Shown here piece after piece: positions 9,769 to 19,053 of a stretch of DNA of 29,672 nucleotides. This stretch comes from Vitrella brassicaformis CCMP3155. Its lineage: Eukaryota > Protista > Chromerida. Where the stretch lies: the NCBI GenBank assembly GCA_001179505.1, contig CDMY01000694.1, positions 1-29,672 of the forward strand. Direction: 5' to 3'. The notes under the pieces were generated by a model that was given only the letters and a program-made list of their open reading frames with translations, did no database searches and was not told the origin of the DNA. The stretch's first letter is position 1. Each line of letters begins with the position of its first letter. Position numbers and translations under genes: made by a program.

Positions 9769-12137
9769 TTAAGAGCCACGAGTTGCCTCCAGCACAATTT
9801 CTCCAGCATATCGCCCATGGTGGATGGTGAAGTCGCCGATGCTCGTGTCGCCGGGGACCACCTGCCAGATGGCATCGCCCACATCGCCATGCACTTCCAG
9901 CCACAGCCGCACACGCCCCAGGCCCCGCACGCCAGCGTTGAGCAGAGACGTCAGGCCGCTGCTAACGAGCTCGGCAGCGCCAGCGGGCTCCAACTCATCA
10001 AGGACTGAATGAACACACACACACACACACGCACGCACGCACAAGGCGGATGCACACACAGGATGAACCGACGAGCACCTTCCTGTACTCACTATATTCC
10101 CGGCATACCTTCTAAGTACATCTCTATGTCGCTAATTGCTGGCAGGCTATTCGACCCCCGGCCACCGAAGGGGCCGCCCTGCGTGAAACTGACCGCACCC
10201 CACAGATCATCACCCACACAGACCTCGGCCACCTGCCTCCCCGCACCCAGCGCTTCCAGCACACCCCTCCTGTCCTCTGCGCCCACATTTGAGCCGAACG
10301 CCACCGTCCCCACCTTCAAGGGCATCTTCTCTGCCAGCAGCCGGCCCGCAGCAGCACCCAGACCGCTGTAGACACGCAGCTGTCTGGCCCTTGGGAAGTG
10401 CTGCAGGCGGTTGATGATGTCGGGGACGGGCGAGCCGGAGTCGGGAGGGGGGACGAAGCCATCGGCATTTTCAACTGTCACGTACCCCACATAGTCGAAT
10501 GAGAGACACTTTGCGATGTCGACGGCCGCCTGGCTGGGGTTGACGATGGGGTGGGTGAGGTCGTGCTGACTGAGCCTGTAGACTACGTGGCTCGCCTGCC
10601 GTGCCGCCTCCTGGATGGCCACCTTGATGAAGGGGGAGGGGCGAGGGGGGAATGTGTCGGCGTAGAAGAGGGACAGCTCGAAGGGGACCCACTCCGCGCC
10701 CTTCACAGTGATGGGCACGTCAGGCGACACGCAGCAGACATTGATCAGGTCATCGAAAGCGAGCAGGGCGGCAAGGGCAGTGGTTTCCGCGAAGGCTGGA
10801 ACCTCCACGTCGAGCCTCTTGAGCGACTTGAGGCAGCCGCGCAATGTGAGCACATCCTACAGATGAAAAGAGACGGACACCATTCGTGTCCTTATCAACC
10901 CCTATCAAGCCTCTCTAGTGTGATTGTGCTTACTCGGAGCCGCGCCGTTTCGATGCCATGCTTGATCACGCCGATACGCTCTAGTTGTCTGAGCGGCCCT
11001 GACTGGCCAGGAGCTGCCATGGGTATGTGCGCAAACACAGTCGCCCACTGCCCGTCCCGCAGATGCCCCCCCACTTGTTTCAGCGATGACGACGACTTAA
11101 TGAATCGGCCCAGCTCGCTGGTGGTCCACTCCTCCTGATCCACACACTCGAGTGCGGGCATCTTCCATCCCCTCTCGGCCAGTACACTGTGCTCCTGGAC
11201 GGCTCCTGTGACGGCCCTGAGTGAGGGGAGGGTCGGTGGCGGGGCGAATGGGGGAGGAAGGTAACAAGGCGGGGGCCTGGTGCTTGTTGTGGTGATGCTG
11301 CTGCTGAATTTGATCGTCTCCAGACTGCCTTCGGCCATGTGCTGCTGGCCCTCCTTCTCGCGCGCTTCACGCCGCCCGGCCACATGGCCCTCCACGATGC
11401 TTGTCATGATGTCCAGACAGCAGAACCGCTCGTAGCGTGGCTGCACAAGGCTGAGGGCCGTGAGGTTGATGAGTCGCTTGCCGAGCTCAAAGGCCTCCTC
11501 AGGTGTGATGCTCTCCCAGAATTGGCGGTCTCCATCTGGGGTGCAGTCGATGTCGATGTGGGTGTGCTGCTGGAAGGCCCCCTTGCGGACTTGCCCCCAC
11601 TGCTTCAAGAGGGGTGCGAGGGCCGACAGCTCGCGGGCGGTCATGAAGCTGATCACTGATGCCAGGTGGTCGTCGCCAAAGCCAGCAGGAGCCTGAACCA
11701 AAACACAGAACGACGGGAGAGGAAGCCGCATGAGAATGGAAGGCGGTCTTTGTGTGTTGTCTGTGGCTGTCTTTGGCTGTGTACCTTCTTGCTGTCATCC
11801 CACACCTACACCCACCCACATGACACAACACACCCAAGCACCAAAGACAAACGTCAAACAGTGCTCTCCGGCACCTCTCTGTTGAGCTGTGTTTGCCTAC
11901 CATGGGTGGCTGTGGGTTCGCGTTTGTGAGCGCCGTGGCCTCGGTGTGCGGCACCATCACTTTGAACTCCTCACGGTGTCCGCCCACCTCCCTCATGTAA
12001 ACCGCCGTCCGTCCACTGCTCTCGTCGATGCGATAGACGTCGGCCTTGACCCACCTCTGCTTGCCCTTCTCCCGCTCGTTGGTCACCATCTGCACACGAC
12101 TGCCCTCCCGGTAGCGGCACGGCGCAGCGGACGCCAT
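9769..12137 (-). CDS. Lineage-specific uncharacterised protein, 659 aa; N-terminal SH3/Tudor-like exon plus possible F-box-like segment
   Basis: Model: complement(join(9769..10004,10109..10856,10934..11692,11901..12137)) = 1980 nt. All introns are GT-AG and phase-consistent, and the spliced frame is open. Domain labels come from sequence pattern only. Confidence 0.8.
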
Positions 12138-12473
12138 TGCCTGACGAATCGAACAATCAAACGATCGAAGGGATGAGTCAATGAGTGATGGTCTGACACG
12201 CGGTCTGACACGCGGTAGTGTCTGCCTGTTGCACCTTGACTTACCTCGCCATGAGGCAAAGCAGACGAAGATGAAGCAACTGACACGGCGCCACTCAGAC
12301 GCCGCTGACACGTGGGACAGTGCAAGGGGACAGATGCATCACTCTCGTTGACCATTGACACCCTCGTGTTTTGCTTCTTGCCAGTGAGGTCTGCTTGACT
12401 TTTCTCACTGTAAGAAGGCGTATTCTCTATTGCGAATGGCCAGCGGCCTCCACAGGACACTCACGCTCACTCA

Positions 12474-14170
12474 GTGGGGGGAAAAAGTCTTCTCAGTAGC
12501 GATGGTCTCTCAGATCTGCGAGCTTGGTTTTGGTTCATCCGCTGCCGGCATCTGCCCGATGCATCAGTCATGGAGCAGACGCACCTGCAGCAGCAGCACC
12601 CCTTTTCATTCATCTTTGTCGGGCGCCGCACTTTCTACCTGCTCAGCCTCACGGACATCCTGTGTCTGAGAGGCACGTCCACATCGCTCAGAGATCTCTT
12701 CGGGGCGACCCAACTGCGACATCGGCTCCGCCACTCGCTCGGCTCACAGGCGGGGCTGCGGCGGGCGGTGAATGGACCGCAAGTGCAGCTGCTGCGGTTC
12801 GACGATGACCAGTTCGGTGTTCATGATCTGCTGGCGGCTGTGTGTGTGATGGAGGAGGGGGGCTTGGTGGAGATCGGAGGGGTCATCGAGCTGGGGGCGC
12901 ATTGCGGTTACTGTAACCTGCCTGTCATCCTCACATCCGATGACATCAACAAACACGCCAACAAGACCGTAAGGCACACACCGACTCACAAGGAGTGGGA
13001 GATACCAGAGTTGCCTCATTGATGTGTCTGTGATGTATGTTGTCGTGTGTGTAGGCGTATGTGTCGATTTCCCGTGTGTTGGCGCAGCTCATGGTGGTGG
13101 GGCGCCACATCGACTTCGGTGACGGCAGCCGGCTGCAGCTGTTCCTCCACGGCCATGAGGTGCGGGCCATCAGTGACGAGCCCGACTTCGAGCTGGACTT
13201 TAACCCGCCCCTCCCTGCCGGCCACCAATACCGGCAGCACCGACGACGGGACGACCCGCCAGTGGGCAACAGCATCTACTACAACGAGTTCGACGGCACA
13301 TGGAGGAGTGGGGTGGGCGGCGACTTCACCTATGCGTCGACGTCGTCGTGCGCCGAGCGTTGGATCCTCAACCACTTCGAGGGGACTCACCAGACCAATC
13401 GCACATCGATAAACCTCAACAGGTAAAACATCAATGTCACCAGTGGGTGAGAGGGGTGCGTGTTTGATTGTGGGTGTGTGTGTGGTTGGTTCAGGTATGT
13501 TGGCGGCGGCCGTCTTGATGCCCTCCTCACCCAGTCGCCCCACACACCGGTGGTCGGATGCAGCACCACATTCAGCCGGAATGGTCGTGAGCGATACCTG
13601 GTGCTCACCAATAGCACCCACAACTTCGTCGCATGGATTTACATCTGAGAGTTGGGAAACAACAGAGGTCAGGCCGACAGACAGACAGACAGACAGACAG
13701 ACAGAAAGACTGACAGGCAGCTCTGGTGGTCACGTGCCGCAAATGTTCTCTCCCTTTTGTGTCTGCAGTGGACGTTCATGTGTGGACGACCGAGTCTCCT
13801 GTGTCTGGTGTGGGTGGTGTCTTCAAGCACAGCTTCCGCCAGACGACCGCCCTGGCTCGTGTGGCGCTTGGGGCTGTGGGACCTTACGTGTTCGACGGAC
13901 AACAGCCGCCGCAACAGCCACAGCAGCAGGGGGGCGACGATAGTGATGATGGTACGGACAAACAGAGGGAGGGAGGGAGGGAGGGAGGGCGGAAGGGAGG
14001 GACACACACGAGAATGGATGGATGGATGGATGTGCCTTCTTTGTCTATGTGGTGTAGATGAGGACGGCCATGGCGGTGGTTGGGACGATATGAATGGCGA
14101 CGACAGCGGAGGTACACAGGAAGGAAGAAACGAAGGAAGGCGCACACAGCGCAGCACCGATGCCCTGTAA
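12474..14170 (+). CDS. Lineage-specific family protein, tandem paralog A; in-frame TGA in exon 3 (truncated or pseudogene)
   Basis: Exons ?-12968, 13055-13422, 13495-13667, 13769-13951, 14058-14170, with GT-AG boundaries matching paralog B (LPVILTSDDINKHANKT|AYVSISRVLAQLMVVGRHIDFGDG). TGA at 13646-13648. The start codon is uncertain. Confidence 0.75.
13676..13705 (+). repeat. (ACAG)n microsatellite in intron 3 of paralog A
   Basis: gacagacagacagacagacagacagacaga. Similar tracts at ~16356-16378, ~17600-17620 and, as (GTCT)n, ~14654-14679. Confidence 0.9.
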
Positions 14171-15242
14171 GGTGTATGTTCCTCTGTTTGACAGGTGAGG
14201 ATGCATCAGCCGAGGACTGGAACCAACCCACACCGGGGCAGGGCAGCATAGACTAGACAGGTAAGGTACACACACCACAGACAGAAAGATATCTATCTGC
14301 ACGTCTTCTGTGCTCCAGCTGATTGGGTCTTGCCCTCCTCTGCTCTGTGCGTGGCATGATGGTTGTCTTACAGGAGTGAGGATGACTGGAGTGCTGGGTT
14401 CGTCGTCTCTTTAGCTGGCTGCCCGGTCGTCGGCTCGTGGACATCCGCAACTCACTCTGTGGCTAGGTGCCTGAGGGGCTGGGTGAGTGAGTGGTTGGGT
14501 GCGTTGGAAATCACCCAGGCATTCTTGTCGAGAGACCGGCTGACATGACACCTTCATCCAATGGCTGTGTCGTGTTGCCTTGCCGACCTCTTTGCGCTGT
14601 GCAATTCCTCCCCTCCCTCTCCCTCCGTGTCGATACTTATTGCCTGCCTCCCTCTGTCTGTCTGTCTGTCTGTCTGTCTGCCCCTCTGTGTGTGTTCGTA
14701 TGTGTATGTCCTCTGTACACACCAATACATACGGATGTACACACACACACACACTCATATGTATATATGTCCATCGCGGATGGATTCCTGCGTCCATGGC
14801 CTCTTTGTCGGACTGTGTTGCCTGTTCATGGCTTCCTCTCTGCTGACGATGGCTGGATTTCCTCTCTAGCTCTCTCTCTGTGAATGAGTGGCTGGATCGG
14901 CAATGATTTGACTGTTTCGCTTGATGCAATGGAATCGATCGCCGTGTGGTACTCACTGACTGAGTCACTGACTGACCGGCTTGATGGTTGGCTGTAATAG
15001 GATGTTTGTGTGCAGAGGACAGACTTTGCACTGACCGTAACCGTCGCCGCCTCAGCACCCAAAGACCCAAGCACACTCTCTCAGATGAAGCAAACGCAAT
15101 CGCCAATGACCAACCGTCACACTCTCTTATGCCGACTGCATCTGCGCCTCACATACAGTTCATCGGAATCTGTTCGATCACTGCGAGCTTTGACGAGCGA
15201 GATTGGGCGTAGAAAGTAGCTCCTTGCGAATGAGTGAGGGCG

Positions 15243-16890
15243 ATGGGCAACACCGTCCCGCGGAAGACCAGCGACGAGGCCTCGCCGTCCATCCACGGCC
15301 AGTGCCTCGACTTCATTCGCCGGGACGACAGATACCAGCTCTACGACGAGGCCAAGGACATCGGCCGCCTCAGAACCGCAGCCCGCTTCGTCGGCAATGA
15401 CCACTTCCCTGCCCAGACGCTCCGCGAGCGACTCAAATGGTCACTGCATCGCACTCGGCTCGCCGATGGGAGCCGGCTGGACACCGTGATAGCCTTCGAC
15501 CCGCAGTCGGTGACCGAGGCGCGGCTGCTGCTGGCGGCCATGTGGATGGTGGAGAAGCAGAGGTGGGAGGAGGTGGCTGAGGTGCTGCGGTGGGCCAGCC
15601 AGTGTGGATGTTGCACCCTGCCCGTCAACGTCACCGCTGACGATATCAACAAACACGCCGACAAGACGGTGGGACTCACAGGGCGGGCGGGCGGGAGGGA
15701 GGGCGGGCAAGAAAGGGCCTGATTTACCCATTCATGTGTGTGTGGTGTCGTGTGTGTAGGCGTATGTGTCGATTCCCCGTGTGTTGGCGCAGCTCATGGT
15801 GGTGGGGCGTCACATTGACTTCGGTGACGGCAGCCGGCTGCAGCTGTTCCGCCATGGCCACGAGGTGCGGGCCATCAAAGACCAGCCCGGCTTCCGGCTC
15901 CCCCTCAACCCGCCCCTCCCGCCCGGCGACCCGCACCACCGACTACACGATGACCCGCCGGTGCACAGCCGCATCTACTACGACGGCTGCAGATGGAGGA
16001 CTGGGGTGCTCGTCACCTATGCGTCGGTGTCGTCGTCGGCTAAGGACATGATCCTCAAGCATTTCGTTGAGACTCACCAGACCAATGACACTCCCTCAAT
16101 AGGTAACCCACCGATGGCACCAGTGGGTGAGAGGGGTGCGTGTCTGATTGTGTGTGTGCGTGTGGTGTGGTTGGTTCAGGCATGTTGGCGGCGGCCGTGT
16201 GGATGCCCTCCTCACCCAGTCGCCCCACACACCAGTGGCTGGATGCAGCACCACATTCTGCCAGGACGGTGATCGATACCTGGTGCTCACCAACAGCACC
16301 CACACCTTCGTCGCATGGATTGTCATCATTAACCACTGGGGGACCAACAACGGTCAGACAGACAGACAGACAGACAGGCAGCTTTGCTGGTCACGTGCCA
16401 CCAATGTTCTCTCCCTTTGTGTCTGCAGTGGGCGTGGTTGTGTGGACGACCGAGGCGCCAGTGTCTGCTGTGGGTGGTGCCCTCAAGGACCGCTTCCCCG
16501 AGACGACCGCCCTGGCTCGTGTGGCGCTGGGGGCTGTGGGGCCTTACGTGTTCGACGGACAGCCGCCGCCGCCGCCGCAACAGCCACAGCAGCCACAGCC
16601 ACAGCCACAGCAGCAGGGGGGCGACGATGGTACGACGGGTACGAGACAAAGAGACAGAGGGAGGGAGGGAGGGAGGGAGGGAGGGACACACACACGTGTG
16701 GATGGATGGTGTAGATGGAGACGTTGGTGATGGCGATGCTGATGACGGTGATATGCATCCCAACGACGGACAAGAGGCCAGCAGAGGTACGCATCACAGC
16801 ACAGACCCCCTGGCTCCTGTCGATCTGCATCACTCGTCTAGCTGTGTGTGTGTGTGTCAGGTAGCGACGAGTACTCGGAGTGAGTCATGA
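15243..16890 (+). pseudogene. Lineage-specific family protein, tandem paralog B; apparent frameshift at the end of exon 2
   Basis: Exons 15243-15668 and 15760-16102, then exons starting at 16180, ~16429 and 16715, all homologous to paralog A. Exon 2 ends 7 nt short relative to A, giving a phase-1 donor where exon 3 needs phase 2. The 3' end is approximate. Confidence 0.65.
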
Positions 16891-17236
16891 GGCGGACACG
16901 GCTATGGAGGCAAGAGGGGCTGTCGAGGCCGTCGAGTGCCCACAGACATACAGACAGTGTGATGATACGTGGATCGGTGCGTGGGGGTGCAGAAAAGATG
17001 GTCTCCATGGCTGGCTGCCGGGGGCTATGGTGTGTGAGAGTGTGGCCGTCTGTGTAGAAGAATTGAGCAGCCCACCAGCTGAGCCGCTGCATGGGGGTCT
17101 GTCTACTCACTGGTATTGTTTGTTTTGGCAGTGAGAGTGTGAGGCGCCACACAGACCCATAAGTCTGACGGGGGAGGGAGCAAACCAGGGAGACAGGCAG
17201 CACGGTTCCTCACCTTGTCGTCCAACACACACAGAG

Positions 17237-17240
<4 letters not shown>

Positions 17241-17267
<27 letters not shown>
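17241..17267 (+). repeat. (CT)n microsatellite, intergenic
   Basis: Direct read: ctctctctctctctctctctctctctc. Confidence 0.9.
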
Positions 17268-18478
17268 ATCCGTTGACTCTTTGTGCACAGCACAGCACGT
17301 GTGAGGGCTTTGGTGGATGGATCTTTGTGTTTGGGTCGGGCCCACTGTGCGCCCATCGACCGGTTGCAACGCTAATCCATCTTTGCATGATGGGTGTGTT
17401 GGTATCCCGGCCACACACAGATGACAGAGGAGCGCACCGCCAACCGATGTAGGACCACTTGCTGACAGACAGAGAGAGAGGGAGGGAGTGGTGTTAGCAA
17501 GACCATCCATCCATCCATCTGTGGCGCATTGTTTGCTCCATTCCATACACATATACATCGCCGTGTGTGTTTCACACTCGTGGCCCATCCACTCACCCAC
17601 AGACAGACAGACAGACAGACCGCGGCCATGCAGTCAGTCATTGTTGCCTTACTGTCGGTCGGGGCGGCTTCCTCTCTCTCTCTGTGTTTCGCTTTGAGTT
17701 CATATCTGTGTGACCCTCTGCACGGCACTCGGTACGGTCGCCGAGGCGCTTTTGCCGAGGGCTTTCATGTGCACAGCCACAGACACTGACTGGAGTGATG
17801 CGCTCCACTTCTCCTTATTGCTCGTGGTGCGGGGATGGATGGCCATGTGCTCACGACAGGTCGGTCTCTGCTGCCTTGACTGCCTCAGTTTGACTCTCTC
17901 CCCCTCCGTGCGTATACGTACAATACACCGTACATACATATGATATGTACATCACACTGATGCATTATGTATGTGTATATATATACCTCGCTGGCTGGGT
18001 GGCTGGCTTGCATGCTGCCTGGCCATGGTGTGTTGCCCTCCTCTGTCTGCTGGCCGGTTTTGACCTGATGCCTCGGCCGACCGCTGTGGGTGTTTGTGTG
18101 AGTGCCTGCCTGCATGCATGCATGCAGTACGTGCTTTTTTCGACTGATTGCTCGTGTGGATGACTTTTGGAGTGAGAGCACGCCACTCAATCTGTGTCTA
18201 GCTGTCCATTGAGGCATTATGCGGAGGGGGTGCATCGTGCCGACCGACCGACACTCACCACCCCTGAGATGATAGATATGTTGGTGTTCGTCACACCACA
18301 CCATGCCACACCACACCAAAGTCATTCGCTCGTCCCTCACCAACCAGCATTCTGCCAATCGTCCATCGATTTGCAAACGCTCGCCACGTGTTCTGTCACA
18401 TACACACCATCGCGTCTACTTGCACCCCCACCACATGCCGCAGAGCATCTCGGGCAATCAATGTCGCTGATGCAGCTT

Positions 18479-18954
18479 TCATCGACAGACGAGGCCTGTG
18501 TTTCCGCACTTTGCAGCTATCCATCCCGGCTTGTCGTGGTGGGTCTTCAGCTCCTCGATTGACACATCGCCACACCAGTTGACACGTCGGTCGGGGCAGT
18601 TGACCTCCTGCGAGATGCTGGTGCAGACGGCGTGCTGGTCGTTGGAGTAGCGGTGCCTGGCAGACACGCATTCGGTAAGACGGACGTGATCGAGGTCGCA
18701 AAGCGGCTTTGGTTGGCTGGTTGGTTCTCGCGTCCGTGAACCTGGAGGCATTATAGAAGCGAAACAGCACACGCACACAGCCATGAATGAGGATGCTCAC
18801 GCAACGATGGGCCGTCCGCTCACTTACTTGATGCCGATATAACATCAATGTGTGTTGGGCAAGTCGGTTCTCGCCGTGCGGCTACGTCACCACTTTGAAG
18901 ACAAACGTTATCTTGAGCTGCTGGTCGCCAAGCACGACGAAGTCGTGCCACACA
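18479..18954 (-). CDS. Candidate small cysteine-rich protein, last two exons only; 5' exons unresolved
   Basis: Intron 18827-18742 has a GTAAGT donor and an ...atgcctccAG acceptor. It joins exon 18954-18828 (CVARLRRAWRPAAQDNVCLQSGDVAARREPTCPTHIDVISAS) in matching phase 1 to exon 18741-18479 (SSRTREPTSQPKPLCDLDHVRLTEC...AAKCGNTGLVCR*, 7 Cys). The upstream in-frame TAG at 18955-18957 could serve as the acceptor. Confidence 0.45.
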
Positions 18955-19053
18955 CTAGAGCCTCGCCGAGCTAGAGGTCGACCACACACTCGAGCATGCC
19001 ATCGGACAAGCTTTCGAACGATTGGTTCTCTGACCTGCTGTTTCACCCACGCA

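Noticed and set aside
12191-12216. Direct repeat tctgacacgcggtctgacacgcggt upstream of the 659-aa gene
   Set aside because: Only two 12-bp units with no spacer, so not CRISPR-like; probably slippage.
14180-15200. ORFs up to 231 aa between paralogs A and B
   Set aside because: Low-complexity, microsatellite-derived translations with no recognisable domain or splice-consistent model.
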